Source: Clostridiales bacterium
Lineage (GTDB): Bacteria > Bacillota > Clostridia > Christensenellales > Aristaeellaceae
Assembly: GCA_015056155.1 (NCBI GenBank)
Contig: SVGU01000002.1
Span: 4,169-68,168 of the forward strand
DNA: 64,000 nucleotides
Direction: 5' to 3'
Part shown: positions 25,957 to 34,344 of the stretch, one piece after another
Layout of the letters: the number at the start of each line of letters is the position of its first letter
Position numbering within the stretch: the first letter of the stretch is position 1
The notes under the pieces: model-generated
What the model was told of the DNA's origin: nothing
Seen by the model: the letters and a program-made list of their open reading frames with translations, nothing else
The model's database searches: none
Made by a program: the position numbers and the translations under genes

Positions 25957-26778
25957 ATGTCTAACAAGCCCGCATCCGCCTCGGAGCTGCTCAGCCGCGT
26001 ATGGAGCGCCATGGCCGCCACGTGGCAGACCCTGCTGAGCATGACCTTCGCCATCAGCCTGATCAACTTCGCAGCCTCGGTGCTGCTGCGCTATATCCCC
26101 GCGCCGCTGGCTCTGGTGGCGGACATCGCGGTAATACTGTTCACGACCGTGCTTTCCTGCGGCGTGCTGAACGGTACGCTGAGCTATGTGCGCCGGGGGA
26201 TCATCACCTTCGACCACCTCACCAGCATGCTGCCCTACGCGAAACAGATGATCTGCGCCTACCTGTGGCAATGCCTGTTCATGTTCCTGTGGATGCTGCC
26301 CGGCCTGCTGTGCGTCTTCATCGGCTTCGCCATGATGTTTACTGCCCTCGACGGCGCAGCGATCATCGGGATCAGCACCATGGCATATACCCTGGCCAAG
26401 GGCGCCGACGGACTCATGATGGCCTCGACTGCCTTCAGCCTCGCCGGCATGGTGCTCATGCTGTGGCTGGGCTTCCGCGCGGCGCTGAACTACACGCTGG
26501 CCACCTGCTTCATCGTGGATACCCCCGATATGGGCGGCGTAGCGGCGCTGGAAAAGAGCAAGCAGGCCATGCGCGGCCACCGCTGGCGCTTTGTGAAGAT
26601 GTCCATTCCGGTGTTCGTGATGACCCTGATCATCTCCATCATCACCGATCAGCTTTCCGGCATAACGAGCGGCGTCACGTGGATGCTGATCTCCTCCATC
26701 CTCAACGTCGTGCCGCAGGTGATGAGCCTGTACATCGTCCCTGTGCTGTACGAAGAGGCGCTCGACACAGAACAGTGA
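25957..26778 (+). CDS. DUF975-family integral membrane protein
   Basis: 273 aa, multi-TM, SD AAAGGAGAA. The layout is typical of DUF975. A paralogue lies at 58442..59431. Confidence 0.75.
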   Translation: MSNKPASASELLSRVWSAMAATWQTLLSMTFAISLINFAASVLLRYIPAPLALVADIAVILFTTVLSCGVLNGTLSYVRRGIITFDHLTSMLPYAKQMICAYLWQCLFMFLWMLPGLLCVFIGFAMMFTALDGAAIIGISTMAYTLAKGADGLMMASTAFSLAGMVLMLWLGFRAALNYTLATCFIVDTPDMGGVAALEKSKQAMRGHRWRFVKMSIPVFVMTLIISIITDQLSGITSGVTWMLISSILNVVPQVMSLYIVPVLYEEALDTEQ

Positions 26779-26795
26779 AAGAACAATCCCCACCC

Positions 26796-26825
26796 TTGAC
26801 ATGTCTGTATACAAAGTGCTATCAT
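26796..26825 (+). promoter_or_regulatory. Sigma-70 promoter of the aro leader-aroF-aroB operon
   Basis: TTGACA (26796-26801), 18-nt spacer, TATCAT (26820-26825). Confidence 0.6.
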
Positions 26826-26850
26826 CAACCACACAAGGAGGATGAATGCC

Positions 26851-26922
26851 ATGCGGTACGCTTATTACTTCGCGTTTACGTTCCCGGCCGCTTATGCTGC
26901 CGGGCTGGTTGACGTTCCGTGA
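26851..26922 (+). CDS. Aromatic-rich leader peptide (23 aa) of the aroF-aroB operon
   Basis: SD AAGGAGG (26835-26841), 9-nt spacer, then ATG 26851. Translation: MRYAYYFAFTFPAAYAAGLVDVP*. Seven of 23 residues are Tyr or Phe. An in-frame upstream ATG at 26842 would add MNA. It is below the track length cutoff, so it was found by hand. Confidence 0.55.
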   Translation: MRYAYYFAFTFPAAYAAGLVDVP

Positions 26923-26966
26923 AGTAAGCTGACGCATGCCCGATTCCCCTGAATTGTGACATGATG

Positions 26967-27001
26967 CGCGGAGGCTCCTTTGCGGGCTTCCGCGTCTTTT
27001 T
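26967..27001 (+). terminator. Attenuator terminator between the leader peptide and aroF
   Basis: CGCGGAGGC (26967-26975) pairs with GCTTCCGCG (26986-26994) with one G-U pair, followed by TCTTTTTA. The aroF SD starts about 22 nt later. Confidence 0.6.
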
Positions 27002-27037
27002 ATGCCGCGAGCGACTTATTTCGAAGGAGGAACCACC

Positions 27038-28054
27038 ATGATTATCGTTCTGAAGCAAGGCACCACCCGTCAGGAGATCGACTACGTAACGAATGTCATC
27101 GTCAGCAAGGGTAACATCACCGTCAACCCCATGATCGGCAACGACCTGACCATCCTCGGCCTGATCGGCGACACCAGCCGCCTTGACCCGGCGCAGATCG
27201 AGTCCCTGCGCTGCGTGGAACGTATCATGAAGGTGGCAGAGCCGTTCAAGAAGGCCAACCGCATGTTCCATCCGGGCCCCTCGGAGGTGAAGATCGGCGA
27301 CAGCGTCGTGGGCGGCGAAAAGCTGAGCGTGATGGCCGGACCCTGCTCGGTGGAGTCGGAAGCGCAGATCGAGGAGGTCGCCAGGAGCGTGAAGGAAGCC
27401 GGCGCGACCGTGCTGCGCGGCGGCGCATTCAAGCCCCGCACCAGCCCCTACTCCTTCCAGGGCCTGGAATACCGCGGCCTGGACCTGCTCTGCCATGCCC
27501 GCGAGGTCACCGGCCTCCCCATCGTGACGGAGCTGATGAGCCCCTTTGACATCGACAAGTTCGAGGACAAGGTAGACTGCATCCAGGTCGGCGCGCGCAA
27601 CATGCAGAACTTCGACCTGCTCAAGCGGCTGGGCAAAACCAGCAAGCCCATCCTGCTCAAGCGCGGTCTCTCCGCCACGATCGAAGAGTGGCTCATGTCC
27701 GCCGAGTACATCATGGCGGGCGGCAACGAGAACGTCATCCTCTGCGAGCGCGGCATCCGCACATTCGAGACCTACACGCGCAACACCACCGACCTGTCCG
27801 CCATCTGCGCGGTGAAGCGCCTGAGCCACCTGCCGGTCATCGTCGATCCCAGCCACGCCACCGGCAAGTACTGGATGGTGCAGCCCCTGGCCCGCGCGGC
27901 CATCGCCGTGGGCGCAGACGGTCTGATGATCGAGGTGCACAACGACCCCGCCCACGCCCTGTGCGACGGCGCCCAGTCCATCAAGCCCGACACCTTTGCC
28001 GAGGTCATGAACGACATCAGGAATATTGCACGCGCGGTCGGACGAGAGATTTAA
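27038..28054 (+). CDS. aroF: 3-deoxy-7-phosphoheptulonate (DAHP) synthase, type I-beta with N-terminal ACT/ferredoxin-like regulatory domain
   Basis: Start moved to ATG 27038 (GAAGGAGG upstream). MIIVLKQGTTRQEIDYV.. is the regulatory domain. Then ..VMAGPCSVES..LRGGAFKPRTSPYSFQG..VGARNMQNF..KRG..CERGIRTFE..VDPSH.. matches KDSA/AroF-type. Confidence 0.92.
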   Translation: MIIVLKQGTTRQEIDYVTNVIVSKGNITVNPMIGNDLTILGLIGDTSRLDPAQIESLRCVERIMKVAEPFKKANRMFHPGPSEVKIGDSVVGGEKLSVMAGPCSVESEAQIEEVARSVKEAGATVLRGGAFKPRTSPYSFQGLEYRGLDLLCHAREVTGLPIVTELMSPFDIDKFEDKVDCIQVGARNMQNFDLLKRLGKTSKPILLKRGLSATIEEWLMSAEYIMAGGNENVILCERGIRTFETYTRNTTDLSAICAVKRLSHLPVIVDPSHATGKYWMVQPLARAAIAVGADGLMIEVHNDPAHALCDGAQSIKPDTFAEVMNDIRNIARAVGREI

Positions 28055-28165
28055 TTCGGAATTCGGAATGCGGAATGCGGAATTGAGAATGTGGGCACGC
28101 CTGTTTCCGATTTTTCCGTCCCACCAAACAAATTCCGAATTCCGAATTCATAATTCATAATTTCC
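28053..28165. repeat. Inverted pair of heptad arrays forming a long imperfect hairpin between aroF and aroB
   Basis: The left array is AATTCGG AATTCGG AATGCGG AATGCGG AATTGAG AATGTGG (28053-28094). The right array is AATTCCG AATTCCG AATTCAT AATTCAT AATTTCC (28131-28165). GTGGG..CCCAC closes the loop. It starts inside the aroF stop codon. Confidence 0.9.
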
Positions 28166-28179
28166 ATCAGGAGTTTGCT

Positions 28180-29253
28180 ATGCAGAAAATCATCGTTCCA
28201 TTAGCCTCCCGCTCCTACCCTATCCATATCGGTTCAGGTCTGCTGGACAGCCTGGGCGCTTATGTGCGCGAGGCGCTGGGAGAGATCACCGTCGCGGTGG
28301 TCACGGATGACAACGTCGCGCCGCTGTACCTCAGCCGGGCGGTGAAGTCCCTGCTGGCCGCCGGGCTGAAGGTGAAGTCCATCACCCTGCCCCACGGCGA
28401 GGCGACCAAGTGCCTCAGCCGCCTGAGCGACCTGTACGACTTCCTCTGCCATGCCCGCATCACCCGCAAGGACGCGGTCATCGCGCTGGGCGGCGGCGTC
28501 ATCGGCGACCTGACCGGTCTCGCCGCGGCAACCTTCCTGCGGGGCGTTCACTTTGTGCAGGTGCCCACCACCCTGCTGGCGCAGGTCGATTCCTCCGTGG
28601 GCGGCAAGGTCGCCGTCGACCTCCCCCAGGGCAAGAATCTCGTCGGCGCGTTCTATCAGCCCGATTTCGTCCTCATCGACCCCGACACGCTGAACACCCT
28701 GACGGAGGAGTTCTGGCGGGACGGCCTGGGCGAGGTGGTCAAGTACGGCTGCATCAATGACGCGGAGCTCTTTACGCTGCTGGAGCAGGCAGCCCCCGGC
28801 GGCCGCGCGGCGCTGATGGAGCACATCGACACGATCCTGCGGCACTGCGTGCAGGCCAAAGCCGACGTGGTCGCCCAGGACGAGCGCGATACAGGGCTGC
28901 GCATGACGCTCAACTTCGGCCACACCATCGCCCATGCCGTGGAGACCTGTCAGCACTACGAAGGCCTGCGCCACGGCGAGGCCGTGAGCCTGGGCATGCA
29001 CGTGATGACCCGGCTGACCGAGCGCAAGGGCATGACCGTCCCCGGCGCCGCCGACCGCCTCGATGCGCTGCTGACCGCCCTGCAGATGCCCATGCAGCTG
29101 CCTGCCATCCCGGAGAGCGACCTCCTGTCCGCCATGGGCATGGACAAGAAGTCCGCCGGAAAGGTGCTGCGCATCATCGCCCTCTCCCGCATCGGCGAGT
29201 GTTTCATCCATGAGACGGATGTGAGCTTCTTCGCCGGCATGACAACGCTGTAA
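28180..29253 (+). CDS. aroB: 3-dehydroquinate synthase
   Basis: ..VVTDDNVAPLY..LPHGEATK..ALGGGVIGDLTG..VPTTLLAQVDSSVGGK..LNFGHTIAHA..HGEAV.. Confidence 0.93.
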   Translation: MQKIIVPLASRSYPIHIGSGLLDSLGAYVREALGEITVAVVTDDNVAPLYLSRAVKSLLAAGLKVKSITLPHGEATKCLSRLSDLYDFLCHARITRKDAVIALGGGVIGDLTGLAAATFLRGVHFVQVPTTLLAQVDSSVGGKVAVDLPQGKNLVGAFYQPDFVLIDPDTLNTLTEEFWRDGLGEVVKYGCINDAELFTLLEQAAPGGRAALMEHIDTILRHCVQAKADVVAQDERDTGLRMTLNFGHTIAHAVETCQHYEGLRHGEAVSLGMHVMTRLTERKGMTVPGAADRLDALLTALQMPMQLPAIPESDLLSAMGMDKKSAGKVLRIIALSRIGECFIHETDVSFFAGMTTL

Positions 29254-29260
29254 GCCTCAA

Positions 29261-29292
29261 GCCGTCCGGTACGCCTTGCCGGGCGGCTTTTT
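29261..29292 (+). terminator. Intrinsic terminator after aroB
   Basis: GCCGTCCGG (29261-29269) pairs with CCGGGCGGC (29279-29287), followed by TTTTT. Confidence 0.7.
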
Positions 29293-29392
29293 CTGTCCGC
29301 TTGCAGGAGTTCCGCCACAGGGCAGCGAAAGGTATAACCATTTCCGCCGAAATATGCGATCAGGAGGCGTCCGGTGGAGCAGATCATCCCCC

Positions 29393-29647
29393 ATGTTCAC
29401 GGCGCAGACCCGCCGGCCCATCGCCTCGCAGCCCGCGGAAAGCTGGATCTCCGGCTTCTCCGGCTACCGCACATATGGCAACAGCCTGATCCCAGAAGCG
29501 CTCTCTCCCGCCATCATCCGCTGCCATTGCAGCGACCATGTCAATGACGGCCATTACAGCAACCTGGTCTTTGACATGGAGCTCCACCCCACCGACGCCC
29601 CTGAAGCGCACCGCCATCACATCACACAGAAAGAGGTATCCGCATGA
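29393..29647 (+). CDS. Small hypothetical protein possibly coupled to the GH43 gene
   Basis: Its stop overlaps the GH43 start (ATGA at 29644-29647). The SD is weak and no motif is recognised, so it could be non-coding. Confidence 0.3.
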   Translation: MFTAQTRRPIASQPAESWISGFSGYRTYGNSLIPEALSPAIIRCHCSDHVNDGHYSNLVFDMELHPTDAPEAHRHHITQKEVSA

Positions 29648-31047
29648 GTCAGAAGCAGGCCTTCAATCCCTATCTGCCCTCGTGGGAGTACATCCCCGAC
29701 GGCGAGCCCTACGTCTTTGGCAACCGCGTGTATGTCTACGGCTCCCATGACCAGTTCAACGGCCATGTGTTCTGCATGGGCGACTACATGTGCTGGTCCG
29801 CGCCGGTGAACGACCTGAGCGACTGGCGCTGCGAGGGCGTGATCTACGAGCGCAACGCCGACCCCCTGAACGCCGACAGCCACATGTGCCTCTATGCCCC
29901 GGACGTGACGCAGGGCCCGGACGGCCGCTACTACCTGTACTACGTGCTGGACAAGGTGAGCGTGGTGTCGGTCGCGGTGTGCGATTCCCCGGCGGGCAGG
30001 TACAAGTTCCTGGGCTATGTGCACTACAAGGACGGCACGCGCCTCGGCGACCGCCCGGGCGATGAGCCGCAGTTCGACCCCGGCGTGCTGACCGAGGGGG
30101 ACAAGACCTACCTGTACACGGGCTTCTGCGGCTACGGCGACCGGAGCCGCCACGGCGCCATGTGCACGGTGCTGGAGAGCGACATGCTCACCATCTCAGA
30201 GGACCCGGTGTTCGTCGTGCCGGGCGTGTGCTATCAGGAGGGCTCGGGCTTTGAGGGACATGCGTTCTTCGAGGCGCCCTCCATCCGCAAGCGCGGCGAC
30301 ACGTACTATTTCGTCTATTCCTCCACCCCCATGCACGAGCTGTGCTACGCGACCAGCGACCGCCCCACCGGCGGCTTCCGCTACGGCGGCGTCATCGTCT
30401 CCAACGCCGATCTGCACATCGACACCTACAAGCCCGCCGACATGCCCGCTGCCGCCGGCGGCAACAACCACGGCAGCATCATCGACATCCTGGGCCAGTG
30501 GTACATCTTCTACCACCGGCAGACCAACGGCCACTGGTACAGCCGCCAGGCCTGCGCCGAGCCCATCGCCTTCCGGGAGGACGGCTCCATCATCCAGGCG
30601 GAGATCACCTCCTGCGGCCTCAACGGCGGCCCCCTGCGCGGCGAAGGGACCTACCCGGCCTACATCGCCTGCCACCTCTTCGGCCGCGAGCCCCAGCTGA
30701 TCGTCGGCAAGCCCGGCCAGCCCTGCATCACGCAGGACGGCAAGGACGGCGACAAGGTGGACGGCCACATCGCCGGCATCGTGGACGGCACGACCATCGG
30801 CTTCAAGTACTTCGACTGCCGGGGCGTGAAGGGCGTGCGCGTGCAGACCCGCGGGTACTGTAAGGGCGCCTTTGAGGTCCGCACGGCATGGGACGGCGAA
30901 ACCCTCGGCGAGATCCCGGTGAACTACTCCAACGTCTGGCAGGAGAGCCGCTGCGACGCCGCCATCCCCGACGGCGTGCACGCCATCTACCTCGTCTACC
31001 GCGGCAGCGGCCCCGCCGGCCTGCGCTGCTTCACCCTCGAGGTCTGA
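29644..31047 (+). CDS. Glycoside hydrolase family 43 (beta-xylosidase/alpha-L-arabinofuranosidase-like) with C-terminal beta-sandwich
   Basis: NPYLPSWEYIPDGEPYVFGNRVYVYGSHD..LYAPDV..YYLYY..FEAPSIRKRGDTYYFVYS.. is a five-bladed propeller signature. The C-terminal part, GFKYFDC..VRVQTRG, is CBM-like. Confidence 0.85.
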   Translation: MSQKQAFNPYLPSWEYIPDGEPYVFGNRVYVYGSHDQFNGHVFCMGDYMCWSAPVNDLSDWRCEGVIYERNADPLNADSHMCLYAPDVTQGPDGRYYLYYVLDKVSVVSVAVCDSPAGRYKFLGYVHYKDGTRLGDRPGDEPQFDPGVLTEGDKTYLYTGFCGYGDRSRHGAMCTVLESDMLTISEDPVFVVPGVCYQEGSGFEGHAFFEAPSIRKRGDTYYFVYSSTPMHELCYATSDRPTGGFRYGGVIVSNADLHIDTYKPADMPAAAGGNNHGSIIDILGQWYIFYHRQTNGHWYSRQACAEPIAFREDGSIIQAEITSCGLNGGPLRGEGTYPAYIACHLFGREPQLIVGKPGQPCITQDGKDGDKVDGHIAGIVDGTTIGFKYFDCRGVKGVRVQTRGYCKGAFEVRTAWDGETLGEIPVNYSNVWQESRCDAAIPDGVHAIYLVYRGSGPAGLRCFTLEV

Positions 31048-31239
31048 TCCATCAAAACGACGCACATATTCTTGTGCATATATGACGAATTGCAACAAAT
31101 TATCATAAAACTCTTTTCAAATCCCAGCGATTCGATTAAAATAGAACGTAGCCCCAAAAGCGGCACGTCTGCCCGGCAGGCGCGTCCGCTTTTTGATTCA
31201 TGCACAATGCACTGAAAGAAAACGTTTAGGAGAGAAGCG

Positions 31240-32325
31240 ATGTCGACTGAACGTGAGAATGAACTGATCCGCGCCATGGCGGCGCTGCTGGCGGGCGATC
31301 CCGGCGCATCCGCCCCGGAGGGCGAGGGCGTCTATGCATGGCGGCTGCTCCGCTGGGAGGCGGACGTCCCGCTGACGGACGACCAGCGCGAACAGCTGCT
31401 GGAGGGCGTGGAGGCCACGATGGCCGCCGCCGGCGCTGCGGCCGCCTGCTTTGCCGCCGACGGCGACGTGATGACCATCATGCTGGCGCTGACCCGATTC
31501 CCCGCCAAGGTGCACCGGGATACGGTGCTGTGGCTGTGCACCCGCTCGCTGATGGAGCATGCCTCGATCAATCTGGAGCAGGACGGCACGATGTTCATCG
31601 GCGAGGAGTTTTCCGCTGCGGAGGACTGGCTGAACCATCTCGCCCCCATGCGGGAGATCTCCGACTGGTGGAACCGCGTGTCCCCCATCGACGGCAGCAT
31701 CGCCCATGCCCACCGCAGCCACCTGCAGATGAGTATCAAGCGCCGGCAGTATGCGGTGCTGGGCGGCTATGTGTCCCGGGCGTTGCGGACGGAGACGGAG
31801 CTGAGCCGCGTGTGCTTCGGCTTCATCCCGCTGGTGATCGAGGCCGTGTGGAGCCAGCATGCGGAGCTGTCGCTACGGAGCCTGACGGGGGAACTGAACC
31901 TGAACGAGATGACCCGCCGTCCCCGGGAGGCGCTGCTGACGTGGCTGGCGTCGCTCCAGCCGGTGCTGCGCGCCTGCCCTGCGGCGCTGAACGCCGCCCC
32001 CATCGACCGGGTGATCGAATCCATCCGGCAGGACTGCTCCCTGCCCTATTCGCAGGCGAACCTGAGCCGCTCGCTGGGCCTGACCCCGGCGTATTTCTGC
32101 CGCCTGTTCCACGAAAAAACGGGCCAGCACTTCTCCACCTTCCTCACCCGCACGCGCATGGAAAAGGCGCAGTACCTCCTCTCCGATTCCCAGAGCATGT
32201 CCCTGGCGGAGATCAGCGCTGCCTGCGGCTATCCCAACAAGAGCTATTTCTGCCAGGTGTTCAAGAAGTACACCGGCATGACCCCCGGCGAATTTGAAGC
32301 CGCCTCCCGGGACATAGACGTATAA
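31240..32325 (+). CDS. AraC-family transcriptional regulator
   Basis: The C-terminus is LSRSLGLTPAYFCRLFHEKTGQHFSTFLTRTRMEKAQYLL..EISAACGYPNKSYFCQVFKKYTGMTPGEF. Confidence 0.88.
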   Translation: MSTERENELIRAMAALLAGDPGASAPEGEGVYAWRLLRWEADVPLTDDQREQLLEGVEATMAAAGAAAACFAADGDVMTIMLALTRFPAKVHRDTVLWLCTRSLMEHASINLEQDGTMFIGEEFSAAEDWLNHLAPMREISDWWNRVSPIDGSIAHAHRSHLQMSIKRRQYAVLGGYVSRALRTETELSRVCFGFIPLVIEAVWSQHAELSLRSLTGELNLNEMTRRPREALLTWLASLQPVLRACPAALNAAPIDRVIESIRQDCSLPYSQANLSRSLGLTPAYFCRLFHEKTGQHFSTFLTRTRMEKAQYLLSDSQSMSLAEISAACGYPNKSYFCQVFKKYTGMTPGEFEAASRDIDV

Positions 32326-32430
32326 ATTTCTTCCATACGGATGATAATGTGTTTGTCATCCGTTTTTCACTTGAGCAAAAGAATATGCGATACGACTCCT
32401 GCAAAACCGAAACGAGGAGGCATCTGTCGA

Positions 32431-34245
32431 ATGAAGCATCTTCTGCGGGCGCTGTGCCTGCTTCTGTGCCTGCTGCTGCCCCTTACCCTCCCGGGACGGG
32501 CGGCGGCAGACTCCTCCGACCCTGCGCCGGATGTGCGGGTGCTGCTGCGCCGCCTGAACCTCACCGACCGCGCCGACCTCGTGCTGGACGGCGTGTACAC
32601 CGCGTCGGTGGACGGCCGGGTGATCATGGCCTTCCCGCAGGGCGCAAAGGTCACCATCCAGATCCGCGAGGGCGAACTGTACCTGTTCTATGCCGGCATG
32701 AGCCTGCACATCGGCCGGGAGATCACCCTCCTGCGCAACGAAAGCGGCGACAATGCCCGCACCGGTCTGCGCTTTGACCCCAACGGCACGCTCTATCCCG
32801 GCCATCTGCGCATCACCGTCGACGCGGGGATCCTCCGGCCCATCCTCACCATCAACGTCGAGGACTACCTGCTGGGCGTGGTGCCCTACGAGATGAGCGA
32901 ATACTTCCCCCTGGAGGCGCTCAAGGCGCAGGCCGTCTGCGCCCGCACCTATGCGCTGAACAAGCTGGGCAGCGGCCGGGACTACGACGTGGTGGACACC
33001 ACCAACGATCAGGTCTTCAAGGGCGTGAATTACAACTACGCCAATGCCGTGCGCGCGGTGCAGGAGACGGCCGGCGTGGTCGGCACGTACAAGGGGGCGC
33101 TCGCCACCTGCTATTACAGCGCCTCCAACGGCGGCCAGACGGAGCTGGTGCAGAATGTCTGGAGCGGCCGGGGCGACTGGGATTACTACCGGATGGTGGA
33201 CGATCCCTACGACCTGGAGAACCCCGAGAGCATCGTCCGTACCGCCCGCATCCCCCGCTCCGGGCAGGTCAGCGACGAATTCCGCTCGATCCTCTTTTCC
33301 TACCTGCTGCCGGAGATGCGCGCGCAGGGCTTCGTCGCCTCGGCGGACAATCTTCGCATCGACCGCATCGACGGCCTGTCGCTGGGCGGCACGGTGTTTG
33401 ACGAGCCCAGCCGGTACTTCACGGAGCTGACGCTGACGCTGACATGGTCCGGCAGACGGCTGGTGCTGCCCGCCACGCCCGTACCGACGGCCGAGCCGGA
33501 GGAGGACCTGTACTTCTTCGCCACACCCCTGCCCACCGCGACCCCGGAAGCGACCGGCACGCCCGTCCCGACCGCTACGCCCGAGCCCGTCCCCGTCCTG
33601 TCCGATTTTATCCCCGCATCGCAGCCCTCCACCATCACCATCGACCTGTTCCCCGAGGTGATCGAGGTGCTGGGCCTGACCATTTCCGGCACGGACAACG
33701 AGATGCTCTCCATCGCGGAGACGGACACGCACTACCTCCTGCAGGCGCGGCGCTACGGCCACGGCGTCGGCATGAGCCAGCGCGGCGCCCAGTGGATGGC
33801 CGGACAGTACGGCAAGCAGTTCCACGAGATCCTCTCCTTCTACTACCCCGGCATGACCCTCAAGCGGGTACAAGCCGGCGTCGCCGTGCTGCCCACCGCG
33901 CCGATGGTGCTGGCCGCGACCCCCGCGCCGCCCGCCACCCCGACTCCCCGCCCGACGCTGATGCCCGTGAGCACCGATGACCTGCCGGAGGGCGCCTATG
34001 TCGCCACCGTCCTGCACATCGAGGACGATTCCAGCCTCAATCTGCGTCAGGAGCCCTCGCAGGCCGCGGAGATCCTGCGCCGGCTGTACAAGTACCAGAA
34101 GCTGATCGTGCTGGAGACCTGCGAGGACCCGGCCTGGGTGAAGGTCCGCACGGACGTGCTGGAGGGCTATGTGATGGCGTCCTTCCTGGAGCGGGAGGAC
34201 GGCAGCGCCGCTGCGACCCCGGTTCCGCCCACGCCCGCGCCCTGA
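32431..34245 (+). CDS. SpoIID/LytB-domain protein with Pro/Thr linker regions and C-terminal SH3b-like domain
   Basis: Start moved to ATG 32431 (GAGGAGG upstream), giving signal peptide MKHLLRALCLLLCLLLPLTLPGRAAA. Motifs are VEDYLLGVVPYEM..EALKAQAVCARTYAL..YYSASNGGQTE and GHGVGMSQRGAQWMA. The tail is YKYQKLIVLETCEDPAWVKVRTD..GYV. Confidence 0.85.
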   Translation: MKHLLRALCLLLCLLLPLTLPGRAAADSSDPAPDVRVLLRRLNLTDRADLVLDGVYTASVDGRVIMAFPQGAKVTIQIREGELYLFYAGMSLHIGREITLLRNESGDNARTGLRFDPNGTLYPGHLRITVDAGILRPILTINVEDYLLGVVPYEMSEYFPLEALKAQAVCARTYALNKLGSGRDYDVVDTTNDQVFKGVNYNYANAVRAVQETAGVVGTYKGALATCYYSASNGGQTELVQNVWSGRGDWDYYRMVDDPYDLENPESIVRTARIPRSGQVSDEFRSILFSYLLPEMRAQGFVASADNLRIDRIDGLSLGGTVFDEPSRYFTELTLTLTWSGRRLVLPATPVPTAEPEEDLYFFATPLPTATPEATGTPVPTATPEPVPVLSDFIPASQPSTITIDLFPEVIEVLGLTISGTDNEMLSIAETDTHYLLQARRYGHGVGMSQRGAQWMAGQYGKQFHEILSFYYPGMTLKRVQAGVAVLPTAPMVLAATPAPPATPTPRPTLMPVSTDDLPEGAYVATVLHIEDDSSLNLRQEPSQAAEILRRLYKYQKLIVLETCEDPAWVKVRTDVLEGYVMASFLEREDGSAAATPVPPTPAP

Positions 34246-34296
34246 GGCAGTTCCCCCTGCCGCCAGGCAGGAAACCGCCTGTTCCGGAACGAATAT

Positions 34297-34338
34297 TACC
34301 TCCCGACAAGGAGCCTGACGCTTCCTGATCGGGAGGTA
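34297..34338 (+). terminator. Hairpin that could both terminate the spoIID-like transcript and sequester the cinA SD
   Basis: TACCTCCCGA (34297-34306) pairs with TCGGGAGGTA (34329-34338), a perfect 10-bp stem. TTTCTT follows, then ATG 34345. The 3' arm contains the only SD (GGGAGG) for cinA. Confidence 0.5.
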
Positions 34339-34344
34339 TTTCTT

